64,000 nt of DNA, taken from the NCBI GenBank assembly GCA_037441965.1, contig JBBIRD010000001.1, positions 2,255 to 66,254 on the forward strand, read 5' to 3'. The notes beneath the pieces were generated by a model. It did no database searches, had not been told where the DNA came from, and worked only from the letters and a program-made list of their open reading frames with translations. Positions 9,919 through 20,094 of this stretch are shown in pieces. The stretch comes from Candidatus Moraniibacteriota bacterium (GTDB lineage: Bacteria; Patescibacteriota; Minisyncoccia; Moranbacterales; UBA1568). The position numbers and the translations under genes are program-made. Numbering within the stretch: the stretch's first letter is position 1; each line of letters opens with the position of its first letter.

Positions 9919-11886
9919 ATGCAAAAAATTATTTTTTTTGTTGTTGTGATTATTTTTGGGGGAGTTTTCTTTTTTTCTTCTTTACAAAAGAAAGAAGTGA
10001 GTCAAGTGTATTGGTTTATTCCTGATGGTATGAGAGCTGATCCTGATGTTTTTAATATATATAAATGGGCAAAGGAAGGAAAACTTCCCAATATCAAAAA
10101 ATTAATGGATCAAGGCTCTTATGGATATTCTATCCCTGATTTTCCATCTCATACTCCAACAAACTGGGCATCATTGATGACTGGAACGCATCCTGTGACA
10201 CATGGTATCTCTGATGGCCCTATGCATGTCGAAGGTTATCCTCTCGAAAAACCCTCTGTTGCTGGTTTTGGTTCTCAGGCGAAAAAGACGGATCCTATCT
10301 GGAAGACACTAGAGTCAGCAGGGAAGAAAGTAGCACTTCTCTCTATTCCTGGATCAACACCGCCAGAATTAAAAAATGGTATTACAATTCGTGGTCGCTG
10401 GGCTCCTTGGGGTTTTGATACGCCTGCTATCAATTTTGAACCAAAAGAGAAACTAGAAGAACGCAAATCCACAGGAAGAGGATTTAAGCTTTTTTATCTT
10501 GGGCAACAATTAACGCAATTTATTGATAAAAATACTCCTTCCGAATGGAGTTTTTCACCAGAATCATTCAGTCCGAGTATAGAGATGAAAATAAATGTGT
10601 ATGGTATGACGCTTTTTGGTCTTGTGATAGATAAAACTGATGATAATGAAATAAACTATGACTCTGTTGTATTCTCTTTTGATAAGAAAACAGAGATAAC
10701 GACATTGAAACAAGGAGAGTGGAGTGATTGGACACCGGTAACGCTCACTTTCAAGGAATCAACAGTGGCCTCCGATATGAAAATTAAGGTTATCAAACTG
10801 TGGAATACGGGTAATTTCCGTGTTCGTGTTTTCTTCAATAACGCAAATGAGTTTCTTACAGAACCATCTTCTGTAGCGAGAGAGATGACAACAGCGATTG
10901 GGCCGATGGTTGATTTTGTAGACAACTGGCCTGCTCAACTGATTTATGAAGAAGAGGATAAAGATACGTTTCTTGAAGAAGCTAATATGTCATTAGATTG
11001 GCACAAGAAAGCAGCTGGATTTATGTTGGATACTTACAAGCCAGACTTTTTCATACAAGATACTTATACCCCAAATCAGATGCTTGAAAGCAGGTGGTGG
11101 CACGGGAAAATAGCTGGTGAGAAAATGGATTATAACACACAAGATTCTGCATCATCTGAGTGGAATGATATTTACTCGATGTATAAAAAGTTAGACGATG
11201 TTCTTGGAGAGGCGATGAAACATCTTGATAAGAATGCTCTTATTGTTCTTTCGTCTGATCATGGCATTATCCCTATTTATAAACAAATAAAAATTAATAA
11301 TCTTTTCGCTCAAAAGGGTTGGCTTAAATATACTATCAATCAGACAACAGGAGAACCAACGATTGACTGGGAGCATAGTAAGGTTGTTTATCTTAAGATG
11401 GCATATGTCTACATCAAACCAGAAGGACTAGGTGGTCCTTGGAAAAGGGGATCAGGACCAGAATATGAGAAATTGCGTCAGGAGGTGATAGATGCTCTAA
11501 AGGAGGTAAAAGATGATAATGGTGTGAGCCCGATTACAGAAGTAGTCCGATGGGAAGATGCTCCCTCTTTCCTTGAATTACCAACGGACAGAATCGGAGA
11601 TTTAGTGCTTGAGGCTACCCCAGGGTATCAACTATGGGAAGAAGTTGATGCTAATCAGCAGATATTCGGTAATCCGTTAACAACAGGATACAAACAAGCA
11701 GTAGATCCAAAAACGACAAAAGGATTGTGGACCCCGTTTATTATTGCCGGTCCTGGTGTAAAACAAGGATATCAGATGACTGATCCTATTAGTCATATCG
11801 ATCAACTTCCAACCATACTTGATCTTCTTCATATTAATATTCCTACTGATGTTGTAGGAAAAGTACTGAAAGAAATTCTTAAGTAG
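9919..11886 (+). CDS. Membrane-anchored nucleotide pyrophosphatase/phosphodiesterase (NPP)-like enzyme of the alkaline phosphatase superfamily
   Basis: It has an N-terminal TM helix and the NPP-type motifs YWFIPDGMRADPD, a SHTPTNWASLMTG Thr-nucleophile motif, and SSDHG. It also carries an extra C-terminal domain. Confidence 0.65.
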   Translation: MQKIIFFVVVIIFGGVFFFSSLQKKEVSQVYWFIPDGMRADPDVFNIYKWAKEGKLPNIKKLMDQGSYGYSIPDFPSHTPTNWASLMTGTHPVTHGISDGPMHVEGYPLEKPSVAGFGSQAKKTDPIWKTLESAGKKVALLSIPGSTPPELKNGITIRGRWAPWGFDTPAINFEPKEKLEERKSTGRGFKLFYLGQQLTQFIDKNTPSEWSFSPESFSPSIEMKINVYGMTLFGLVIDKTDDNEINYDSVVFSFDKKTEITTLKQGEWSDWTPVTLTFKESTVASDMKIKVIKLWNTGNFRVRVFFNNANEFLTEPSSVAREMTTAIGPMVDFVDNWPAQLIYEEEDKDTFLEEANMSLDWHKKAAGFMLDTYKPDFFIQDTYTPNQMLESRWWHGKIAGEKMDYNTQDSASSEWNDIYSMYKKLDDVLGEAMKHLDKNALIVLSSDHGIIPIYKQIKINNLFAQKGWLKYTINQTTGEPTIDWEHSKVVYLKMAYVYIKPEGLGGPWKRGSGPEYEKLRQEVIDALKEVKDDNGVSPITEVVRWEDAPSFLELPTDRIGDLVLEATPGYQLWEEVDANQQIFGNPLTTGYKQAVDPKTTKGLWTPFIIAGPGVKQGYQMTDPISHIDQLPTILDLLHINIPTDVVGKVLKEILK

Positions 11887-11951
11887 ATGCAGAGAAAAAG
11901 AAAGAGTCTTATCTTTTTTACCAGTGAAGGATTCTTAATGAAGAGAGATTA

Positions 11952-13040
11952 TTATCTCTCTTCATTGTATATTTTCTCGACGAAACTATTGTCTATATAT
12001 TGACGGAGATCAGCCTTCTTATCGATAGAGTGGTATTTGAACATAAGATCCTGCATTTCATTGAGAAGATCGATCGATACAGTTGGGTACAGGTCATAAT
12101 GCGGGGTATTCATACCATATTTTTCCCCTAGTTGAATATTGCTTCGAGTTTCTTTTATTGAGATTGCTGGGTTATTTTCTTTTGTTATATTCTGTTCGAA
12201 TCGGATTCTCTTCATATATGTTCGAACGATATGTTCAACTATTTCCGGATGATCTTTGATAAAATCTCGACGGAAAACAAGGAGGGCGTGTGAGAGTTCT
12301 GGATTAACCCAATCGAGTCTATGATAAATATACGCTTGTCCATTGTCCACCATATCGTAAAATTGTGTGAGATGGAAATATCCACCATCTGCTTCGCCAC
12401 TGATGATTTGATTTCTATATTCGTCATCATCTACTTGATCGTTGATGGTTACATCTTTCTCTTGAATGCCGATAGAGTTTAAAAATTCTCGTAAAAATAT
12501 CGCATCTCCTGGTCCTGATCTTCTCGTTACCAATGTTTTTCCTTTGATATCCTCAGGTTTTTTTATAGTGACACCGGTTCGAAATATAATCGCGTGACCT
12601 GGAAGATCTTTTGCATCATGTCCAAGTTCTGCGACTGCTACCATATCTATGCCTTGTATAATACCTTTAATGAAAGAACTTTCTCCTGGTGTCGATCCCT
12701 CCGCTTCCCCATCATTCATTTTCTTGAGCAATTCTTCACCTGTTGCTTTTGCAGCGTTTTCTTTATTTTCTATACTGTCATATTGTTTCGAAAGAATGTA
12801 GTAATTACTATTATCTCTTAGCGAGTGAGTAATAAACTGGACGGAAATGTTGTCAGTATCGAATTCATTCTCTGCGTATGCTCGATATAAGAGAGAAGTT
12901 CTTCCTCCAAGAAAATATGCAATTGAAATATCTTTGTGCACCTCTTGTTTTTTATCATTGTGGAAATACAAAGTTCCAACGATGATAACGGATCCGATGA
13001 GGAATATGAAGAATATTTTATGGTGCAGAAAATGAAGCAT
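11952..13040 (-). CDS. Membrane-anchored NMT1/SsuA-like periplasmic binding protein (ABC substrate-binding fold), orphan
   Basis: It has an N-terminal TM helix and a segment (IKGKTLVTRRSGPGDAIFLREFLNSIGI) resembling SsuA/TauA/NMT1 binding proteins. It also has a low-complexity E/K/G-rich insert, and no permease or ATPase gene lies nearby. Confidence 0.4.
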   Translation of the reverse strand: MLHFLHHKIFFIFLIGSVIIVGTLYFHNDKKQEVHKDISIAYFLGGRTSLLYRAYAENEFDTDNISVQFITHSLRDNSNYYILSKQYDSIENKENAAKATGEELLKKMNDGEAEGSTPGESSFIKGIIQGIDMVAVAELGHDAKDLPGHAIIFRTGVTIKKPEDIKGKTLVTRRSGPGDAIFLREFLNSIGIQEKDVTINDQVDDDEYRNQIISGEADGGYFHLTQFYDMVDNGQAYIYHRLDWVNPELSHALLVFRRDFIKDHPEIVEHIVRTYMKRIRFEQNITKENNPAISIKETRSNIQLGEKYGMNTPHYDLYPTVSIDLLNEMQDLMFKYHSIDKKADLRQYIDNSFVEKIYNEER

Positions 13041-13168
13041 AGTGTCGTTTCTATACAGTTGTGTTATGTCTCTTCACTTGTTTGTATTATACCACAGTTC
13101 CTCTGAGTAGAAGGATTTTCTTAAAAGTATGGTAGAGAGCATTTTTGAGTGATTTCTGTGGTATGGGG

Positions 13169-13197
13169 TTGACAAGGATAATGCTTTTCGATAGTAT
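13169..13197 (+). promoter_or_regulatory. Sigma70-type promoter (TTGACA-17-TAGTAT) upstream of rpsL
   Basis: The -35 TTGACA is at 13169-13174, followed by a 17-nt spacer and the -10 TAGTAT at 13192-13197, all read directly from the sequence. Confidence 0.55.
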
Positions 13198-13278
13198 AGA
13201 CAGTACGAAAAGCAACAGGCTTTTTTGTTTCTTTATGAGAAACATTTTTTCTTAAATAATCTTAATTTTTTTACTCCT

Positions 13279-13695
13279 GTGGCAACGATCAACCAGCTCA
13301 TCAAACACCCTCGCGCTTCTGCTGTGAAGAAGTCAAAATCACCAGCAATGACTTATTCTATCAATAGTATCAAGAATCGCAATACGCTTCACGATAGCCC
13401 TTTCAAACGAGGTGTGTGTATCAAGGTGTCTACAACTACTCCGAAGAAACCAAACTCTGCTCTCCGAAAAATCGCTCGTGTCCGTCTGACAAATGGTATG
13501 GAAGTTACTGCCTATATTCCTGGTGAAGGGCACAATCTTCAGGAGCACTCTATTGTTATGATTCGTGGCGGTCGCGTGAAAGACTTGCCAGGAGTCAGAT
13601 ATCACATTGTACGTGGTATTTTCGATTCTGCAGGTGTCGCACGCAAGCAGAGTCGTTCCAAATACGGTGCGAAGAAAGAAAAGAAGAAAGATTAA
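13279..13695 (+). CDS. rpsL: 30S ribosomal protein S12
   Basis: It contains [19 protein letters not shown] and [16 protein letters not shown]. The start is probably the GTG at 13279 (ATINQLIK...), not the track's ATG at 13225. Confidence 0.93.
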   Translation: MATINQLIKHPRASAVKKSKSPAMTYSINSIKNRNTLHDSPFKRGVCIKVSTTTPKKPNSALRKIARVRLTNGMEVTAYIPGEGHNLQEHSIVMIRGGRVKDLPGVRYHIVRGIFDSAGVARKQSRSKYGAKKEKKKD

Positions 13696-13723
13696 TTTTA
13701 TTTTGAAGTCTTAGAACGAAATT

Positions 13724-14191
13724 ATGCCAAGAAGAAAACGACAATTTACACGCGAATGGAAACCAGATACCTTGTATGGTAATTCTTTGGTAGGCCATTT
13801 CGTCGGTATGATAATGTGGAACGGAAAGAGAAGTGTCGCAGAGAGAGTTGTTTATGATTCTTTCGACATTATTCACGAACGCACGAGGAAAGGTGGTCTT
13901 AATACTTTTGAACAGGCTATCAAGAATGTTTCTCCACTCCTACAATTGAAATCTCGTCGTGTCGGTGGTGCAAATTATCAGGTGCCAGTACCAGTATCAG
14001 GAGATCGTCGACAAGTCCTCGCGATGCGTTGGATACGCGATGTCTGTCGTAAGCGCAAAGGAAAATGTATGGCAGAGAAATTAGCAGATGAACTCCTTGA
14101 TGCTTCGAACAAAGTCGGTTCTGCTATGAAGAAACGAGAAGAAACACATCGTATGGCCGAGGCCAACAAAGCTTTTGCTCACTTTGCCTAA
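13724..14191 (+). CDS. rpsG: 30S ribosomal protein S7
   Basis: The N-terminus MPRRKRQFTREWKPD... is characteristic of S7, and the gene follows rpsL in the conserved str-operon order. Confidence 0.93.
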   Translation: MPRRKRQFTREWKPDTLYGNSLVGHFVGMIMWNGKRSVAERVVYDSFDIIHERTRKGGLNTFEQAIKNVSPLLQLKSRRVGGANYQVPVPVSGDRRQVLAMRWIRDVCRKRKGKCMAEKLADELLDASNKVGSAMKKREETHRMAEANKAFAHFA

Positions 14192-14204
14192 AGAATATTT
14201 GAGA

Positions 14205-14269
14205 TTTACGATAATGGAAGAATGGGAACAAGGGAGTTTTCTTCTCACGGCATCGTAAATCTTTTTTTT
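14205..14269 (+). terminator. Hairpin plus T-run (candidate attenuator or partial terminator) between rpsG and fusA
   Basis: ATTTACGAT...ATCGTAAAT forms a 9-bp stem around an inner GAAGAA/TTCTTC helix, followed by CTTTTTTTT. Confidence 0.35.
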
Positions 14270-14293
14270 ACATAATATATAAATACTAATTTT

Positions 14294-16405
14294 TTGTTTA
14301 TGGCTCGCAAAACACCTATCGATCACTATCGTAACATCGGAATTATCGCTCATATCGACGCTGGAAAGACGACGACAACGGAGCGCATTTTGTTTTACAC
14401 GGGCATCACTCACAAGATAGGTGAAGTACACGAAGGTGCAGCGACTATGGACTGGATGGAGCAGGAACAAGAACGCGGTATCACTATCACATCTGCTGCA
14501 ACAACATGTTTTTGGAAGGGTCATCATATCAATATCATTGATACTCCTGGTCACGTAGACTTCACCGTAGAAGTAGAACGATCACTGCGTGTGCTCGATG
14601 GCGGAGTAGTAGTATTTGATGGCAAGGAAGGCGTTGAACCACAATCTGAAACCGTGTGGCGTCAAGCAGAAAAATACAATGTTCCTCGTATGTGTTTCAT
14701 TAACAAGATTGACAAAGAAGGAGCTGTTTTCGAAGAAGCTCTTGATTCTATTATCAATCGTTTGACTCCACACGCCGTAGCTATCCAGTATCCGATGGGA
14801 TTGCGAGGTGACTTTTATGGACTCATCGATCTGATGACGATGAAAGCGTATACTTTCGAGGGTGAAATGGGAGAGAAAGTAGTGGAAATAGCGGTGCCAG
14901 AAGAATATGCTGTAACTGCAAAAGAATGGCGTGAAAAAATGGTTGAAAAGATTTCTGAAACAGATGATGCTTTGACTGAAAAATACTTAAATGGCGAAGA
15001 GATCACCGTAGAAGAACTCAAATCTGCTCTTCGCAGAGCTACTATATCAGTGAAACTTCACCCAGTTCTCGTAGGGACAGCTCTTCGTAACAAAGGTGTG
15101 CAATTGATGCTTGATGCTGTGGTAGATTATTTACCATCACCAGTTGATATTCCTCCAGTTGCTTGTATTGATGCGAAAACTGACAAAGAAGTCGTTCGTG
15201 AAACGAGAGATGATGAAAAGTTTTCTGCTCTTGCTTTCAAGATCGCTACGGATCCTTTTGTTGGTCAATTAACTTTTTTCCGTGTGTATTCCGGTACTGT
15301 GAAAGCAGGTTCTTATGTACTCAATTCTACAAAAAATGAAAAAGAACGTATCGGACGCATTCTCCGTATGCATGCCAATCATCGTGAAGAAATCGATGAG
15401 TTGACTGCAGGTGATATAGGAGCGCTGGTCGGTATGAAAGTAACGACAACAGGTAATACATTGTGTGATCCTGATGCTCCGGTTATTCTTGAGTCGATCA
15501 CCTTTCCGGAACCAGTGATTGATATTTCTATCGAACCAAAGACGAAAGCTGATCAGGAAAAGATGGGTGTCGCTTTGAAAAAATTACTTGAAGAAGATCC
15601 GACATTCCGTGTTCATACTGATGAGGAAACAGGACAGACTATTATGTCTGGTATGGGAGAGCTTCACCTCGATATTCTTGTGGATCGTATGAAGCGTGAG
15701 TTCAAAGTTGAAGTCAATGTTGGTCGTCCTCAGGTAGCGTATCGCGAAACGATTCGTAACACGGCAGAAGCCGAAGGAAAATTTATCAGACAGTCAGGTG
15801 GTCGTGGACAGTATGGGCATTGTTTTCTTCGTGTCGAACCACAAGCTGAACCGGGTATGGGATACGAATTTGCCAATGAAGTGAAGGGTGGCGCTATTCC
15901 TCAAGAGTTTATCAAACCAATTGATAAAGGTATCCAAGAAGCAATGTTGACAGGTGTTCTTGCAGGGTATCCAATGGTTGATATTAAAGCCACTGTTTTC
16001 GATGGATCTTATCATGATGTCGACTCATCTGAGGCTGCATTCCGTATTGCTGGATCGATGGCTTTCAAAGATGGTTGTCGAAAAGCTCACCCTGTTCTTC
16101 TCGAACCGATTATGAAAGTAGTAGTGATTACTCCAGAACAATTTATGGGTGATATTGTAGGAGATATTTCTTCGAAACGCGGTGTGATCAAAGAAATGAA
16201 TGCTCGTGGTGAAGGAGCTTCGGCAGTCAAAGAATTGCATGCTGAGGTGCCACTTTCTTCGATGTTTGGATATGCAACGCAGATGCGTTCGATGTCACAA
16301 GGACGAGCGAATTACTCGATGGAATTTGGTCATTATGCTGAAGTTCCAAGCAATGTAGCAACAGAAATCATCGGTTCTCGCACTCCTTCTGGTGAAGCAA
16401 AATAG
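14294..16405 (+). CDS. fusA: Elongation factor G
   Basis: The G-domain sequence [23 protein letters not shown] is present, and the product is 703 aa in the expected str-operon position. Confidence 0.95.
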   Translation: MFMARKTPIDHYRNIGIIAHIDAGKTTTTERILFYTGITHKIGEVHEGAATMDWMEQEQERGITITSAATTCFWKGHHINIIDTPGHVDFTVEVERSLRVLDGGVVVFDGKEGVEPQSETVWRQAEKYNVPRMCFINKIDKEGAVFEEALDSIINRLTPHAVAIQYPMGLRGDFYGLIDLMTMKAYTFEGEMGEKVVEIAVPEEYAVTAKEWREKMVEKISETDDALTEKYLNGEEITVEELKSALRRATISVKLHPVLVGTALRNKGVQLMLDAVVDYLPSPVDIPPVACIDAKTDKEVVRETRDDEKFSALAFKIATDPFVGQLTFFRVYSGTVKAGSYVLNSTKNEKERIGRILRMHANHREEIDELTAGDIGALVGMKVTTTGNTLCDPDAPVILESITFPEPVIDISIEPKTKADQEKMGVALKKLLEEDPTFRVHTDEETGQTIMSGMGELHLDILVDRMKREFKVEVNVGRPQVAYRETIRNTAEAEGKFIRQSGGRGQYGHCFLRVEPQAEPGMGYEFANEVKGGAIPQEFIKPIDKGIQEAMLTGVLAGYPMVDIKATVFDGSYHDVDSSEAAFRIAGSMAFKDGCRKAHPVLLEPIMKVVVITPEQFMGDIVGDISSKRGVIKEMNARGEGASAVKELHAEVPLSSMFGYATQMRSMSQGRANYSMEFGHYAEVPSNVATEIIGSRTPSGEAK

Positions 16406-16432
16406 AGAAAAGAAAAAGAAAAGCATCAGCAC

Positions 16433-16461
16433 TTGACAGAGAGAATACAAGTTGCTATCAT
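16433..16461 (+). promoter_or_regulatory. Internal promoter (TTGACA-17-TATCAT) upstream of tuf
   Basis: The -35 is at 16433-16438 and the -10 at 16456-16461. Confidence 0.45.
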
Positions 16462-16610
16462 AGCGAGTGATGCTTTTGTCTAAGCTTCTTTCATTTTTTA
16501 TGAAAGAAAATTGGTAAAAAGAAGAGTAATAAATATAATTTGTAATCATTAGGAGAACGCATCGTTTGCCTTTTAGTAGAAAGGCTTATGCAACTCATAC
16601 GATAACATAT

Positions 16611-17801
16611 ATGGCAGAGCAATTTGATCGCAGTAAACCACACGTAAACGTCGGTACCATTGGTCACGTCGATCATGGAAAGACAACTTTGACCGCTGCT
16701 ATTTTGCATGTGCAAAGTTTGACTGGTTTAGCAAAAGAAAAAGGTATTGATGAAATTGATAAAGCTCCAGAAGAGCGTGAGCGTGGTATTACCATTGCTA
16801 CTGCTCATTGTGAATATGAGACTGCTTCTCGTCATTACGCACACGTAGACTGTCCTGGTCACGCTGATTATATCAAAAATATGATCACTGGTGCTGCACA
16901 GATGGACGGTGCTATTCTCGTTGTTTCCGCAACAGATGGTCCTATGCCACAAACTCGTGAACACATTCTCTTGGCTCGTCAGGTAGGTGTTCCTGCTATT
17001 GTTGTTTTCCTCAACAAAGTTGATATGGTAGATGATGAAGAACTCGTCGAACTTGTTGAAGCAGAAGTACGTGAACTCTTGTCGAAATATGAATTTGATG
17101 GGGATAAGGCGGTTGTTGTTCGTGGAAGTGCTCTCAAGGCTTTGAATGCAAAATCAGCTGATGATCCAGATGCAAAATGTATCGCTGATCTTATGAAAGC
17201 GATCGATGAAAATATTCCACAACCAGTTCGTGATTTGGACAAACCATTCCTTCTTCCAATCGAAGATATCTTCTCTATTGAAGGTCGTGGTACAGTAGTA
17301 ACCGGACGCATTGAGCGTGGTGTTATCAATCTTAACGATGAAGTAGAAATTGTCGGTATTCACGATACAACAAAAACAGTCGTAACTGGTATCGAAATGT
17401 TCAACAAATCTCTCAATCGTGGTGAATGTGGTGACAATGCAGGTTTACTGATTCGTGGTATCAAGAAAGAAGATGTTGAACGCGGTCAAGTACTTGCTAA
17501 AGTTGGTTCTATCACTCCTCATACCGAATTTGAAGGTGAAGTATATGTACTCTCCAAAGAAGAAGGTGGACGACATACTCCATTTTTCAAAGGGTACAAA
17601 CCACAGTTTTATATCCGCACAACAGATGTGACTGGTGAAGTAGAACTTCCAGAAGGAACAGAAATGGTAATGCCTGGCGATACAGTGAAATTGAAAATCA
17701 AACTTCTCGCTCCAGTAGCTATGGAAGATGGTATGCGATTCGCTATTCGTGAAGGTGGTCGTACTGTCGGTGCCGGTGTAGTAACGAAGATTATCAAATA
17801 G
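16611..17801 (+). CDS. tuf: Elongation factor Tu
   Basis: It contains the G-domain sequence [23 protein letters not shown]. The start is probably MAEQFDR at 16611, not the track's 16566. Confidence 0.95.
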   Translation: MAEQFDRSKPHVNVGTIGHVDHGKTTLTAAILHVQSLTGLAKEKGIDEIDKAPEERERGITIATAHCEYETASRHYAHVDCPGHADYIKNMITGAAQMDGAILVVSATDGPMPQTREHILLARQVGVPAIVVFLNKVDMVDDEELVELVEAEVRELLSKYEFDGDKAVVVRGSALKALNAKSADDPDAKCIADLMKAIDENIPQPVRDLDKPFLLPIEDIFSIEGRGTVVTGRIERGVINLNDEVEIVGIHDTTKTVVTGIEMFNKSLNRGECGDNAGLLIRGIKKEDVERGQVLAKVGSITPHTEFEGEVYVLSKEEGGRHTPFFKGYKPQFYIRTTDVTGEVELPEGTEMVMPGDTVKLKIKLLAPVAMEDGMRFAIREGGRTVGAGVVTKIIK

Positions 17802-17912
17802 ATTTTTAGTGAAGGAAGAGTCCTTCAGGGAATTGAGTGAAGAGTAATCGCAGTGATTACTCTCACGATTATTCTCTTCAGAGAGAATATGTACATACTT
17901 TAAAACGACGCA

Positions 17913-18239
17913 ATGAAAAAGACAGAAACAACGCAAGAGATGCGTGTGAGAATTAAAATCAAGGCTTACGATCACAAAGTGATTGACCAATCTGCGAGAA
18001 AGATTGTTGAAACAGCAGAACGCACCGGAGCGTTGATTACCGGTCCGGTACCGCTTCCAACAGAAATTCACAAAGTAACTGTCAATCGTTCGACATTCGT
18101 ACATAAGAACTCGAGAGATCAATACGAAATGCGTGTACACAAAAGACTGATTGATATATTGAACCCTACTGCTAAGACTATCGAAAACCTCACAAATCTT
18201 GATTTACCAGCAGGGGTGGACGTAGAGATAAAAATGTAG
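17913..18239 (+). CDS. rpsJ: 30S ribosomal protein S10
   Basis: [31 protein letters not shown] is characteristic of S10. Where the N-terminus begins is uncertain. Confidence 0.9.
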   Translation: MKKTETTQEMRVRIKIKAYDHKVIDQSARKIVETAERTGALITGPVPLPTEIHKVTVNRSTFVHKNSRDQYEMRVHKRLIDILNPTAKTIENLTNLDLPAGVDVEIKM

Positions 18240-18406
18240 TAGTATAAAGAGTGCTCAGAAAAAAAGATAAAAAACTCGTTCAAGTCCTCTCTTCTTTGTA
18301 AGTAAGAGAAAGGATACTAAGCGAGCCATGTTTGTAAGAACTGGCTGTGTCTTAGAAGAAGGCCGGTTTTTTTGTTATCAAATACATTTGTTTAAGTAGT
18401 ACAGTT

Positions 18407-19015
18407 ATGAAATTCCTCATCGGAAAAAAACTCGGTATGACAACGCTTTTTGATGAAACAAAGGGTGCTTTGAATGTGACTTTGATTGCTTGCGAAGAAA
18501 ACACCGTGAAACTGAATCGTGTTTTTGAAAAAGATGGTTATCTTGCCGTACAATTGGAGACACAAAAGACAAATAAGAAAACTATTCGTAAGGAGTTTCG
18601 TGTTGATAAAGCGGTAACGATTGAATCAGAGCGTCCTAAAATGGCAGTTGAACTTGAAAAATATCCTGTTGATACCAAACTTGATGCTTCTCTCTTCGAA
18701 GTAGGAGATGTAGTAAATGTTGCAGGTGTGACGAAGGCTAAAGGATTTCAAGGACCAGTAAAAAGATACGGATTTGCAGGTGGACGCAAGACTCATGGTG
18801 GTAAACACGATTTACGCAAACCAGGATCTATCGGAGCAACATTCCCAGAACATGTGGTGAAGGGACGCCGTATGGCTGGACGAATGGGCGGTGTGAATAT
18901 GACTGCTTTGAATCTCCATATTGTTTATGTAAATAAAGAAGAAGGAGTTATCGGTGTGAAAGGTGCTGTTCCAGGAGTGAACGGACGCATTGTCAAAATA
19001 ACGAGTGTGAAATAA
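18407..19015 (+). CDS. rplC: 50S ribosomal protein L3
   Basis: The L3 N-terminus MKFLIGKKLGMTTLFDE is present, and the gene is in the expected S10-operon position. Confidence 0.9.
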   Translation: MKFLIGKKLGMTTLFDETKGALNVTLIACEENTVKLNRVFEKDGYLAVQLETQKTNKKTIRKEFRVDKAVTIESERPKMAVELEKYPVDTKLDASLFEVGDVVNVAGVTKAKGFQGPVKRYGFAGGRKTHGGKHDLRKPGSIGATFPEHVVKGRRMAGRMGGVNMTALNLHIVYVNKEEGVIGVKGAVPGVNGRIVKITSVK

Positions 19016-19023
19016 GCGAACTT

Positions 19024-19677
19024 ATGACAAAGATTACGGTAAAAAATATAGCAGGTAAAGATGTAAGAGAAATAGAACTTCCAGAGTTTATTTTCAATGT
19101 ACCTTCAAACGATACTCTTTTGCATCAGATTTATGTGGCTCAATCGGCCAACCTACGCAGTCCTATCGCTCACACAAAAGATCGTGGTGAACGAAGTGGT
19201 TCTGGTATCAAACCATGGCGTCAGAAAGGTACTGGTCGCGCTCGTGCTGGTTCTGCTCAGAGTCCTTTGTGGCGTAAAGGTGGCGTAACCTTTGGTCCAA
19301 CAAAAGATCGTAATTTTAGCAAAGATACCAATCAGAAAATGCGTCAAAAGGCAGTAATGATTGCTCTTTCCGAAAAGATTCGTTCTGAAAAAATGATTGT
19401 TGTTGATACTTTGAATTATTCTGAGAAGAAAACAAAATTATTTGCAGAGACTCTGAAAGCATTTGGTATTACAGGACGCAGTATGGTTCTTTCTTTGACA
19501 GGAGATGAGCGATTTATGGCTGTGATGAGTCGTAATATTCCAAAAATCGACAATATTCCAACAGAAATGCTGAGTGTTATGAGTCTTCTCGATCGAGAAT
19601 ATCTCTTGATGACAGAAGCTGGTGTAGAAAGTCTCAAACATCGTTTTGCTCAGTGGAATAAACAAGAGACCAAGTAA
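19024..19677 (+). CDS. rplD: 50S ribosomal protein L4
   Basis: The L4 segment SGIKPWRQKGTGRARAGS is present, and the gene is in the expected operon position. Confidence 0.9.
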   Translation: MTKITVKNIAGKDVREIELPEFIFNVPSNDTLLHQIYVAQSANLRSPIAHTKDRGERSGSGIKPWRQKGTGRARAGSAQSPLWRKGGVTFGPTKDRNFSKDTNQKMRQKAVMIALSEKIRSEKMIVVDTLNYSEKKTKLFAETLKAFGITGRSMVLSLTGDERFMAVMSRNIPKIDNIPTEMLSVMSLLDREYLLMTEAGVESLKHRFAQWNKQETK

Positions 19678-19686
19678 TATAATTGT

Positions 19687-20070
19687 ATGGCATTATTCAA
19701 AAGTAAAGCTACAACTGAAGAGAAAGGAGAAAAGAAAGAAAAAGAAGTTTCTTCAAAGAAGACAAAGAGTATGAAACAAAGCTCTTTTGCAGGACACATT
19801 CTTTCTCGACCACGAGTAACAGAAAAAGCATACGCTCTGAATGCTTTGAATCAATATGTTTTTGTTATTACGAAAGAAGCGACAAAGACTTCTGTAAAAC
19901 GAGCAGTGGAAGATGTGTATGGTGTAAGTGTTGAGAAAGTTCGTATTGTGAAGCTTCCTGCTCAGAAACGTGTATTTGGAAAAAATATAGGAACAAAATC
20001 TGCAATCAAGAAAGCTATCGTTAGCGTGAAAAAAGGACAGACAATAGAACTTTTTAAAGGTGGTATGTAA
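19687..20070 (+). CDS. rplW: 50S ribosomal protein L23, with a K/E-rich N-terminal extension
   Basis: An L23 core (ILSRPRVTEKAY...VFVITKEATK) follows an N-terminal extension of about 35 aa. Confidence 0.88.
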   Translation: MALFKSKATTEEKGEKKEKEVSSKKTKSMKQSSFAGHILSRPRVTEKAYALNALNQYVFVITKEATKTSVKRAVEDVYGVSVEKVRIVKLPAQKRVFGKNIGTKSAIKKAIVSVKKGQTIELFKGGM

Positions 20071-20094
20071 TCTCAACTTCGGTAGAAAAATATT

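Noticed and set aside
16566-16610. Extended N-terminus of tuf, and similarly of rpsL (13225), rplF (25408) and ychF (58251).
   Set aside because: Alignment with the conserved protein N-termini indicates downstream starts: [15 protein letters not shown] via GTG, MSRIGKK and MALKVGIVG.
17445-18140. 231-aa minus-strand ORF.
   Set aside because: It is antisense to the 3' end of tuf and the whole of rpsJ, which are universally conserved genes, so it is a spurious open frame in low-GC DNA.
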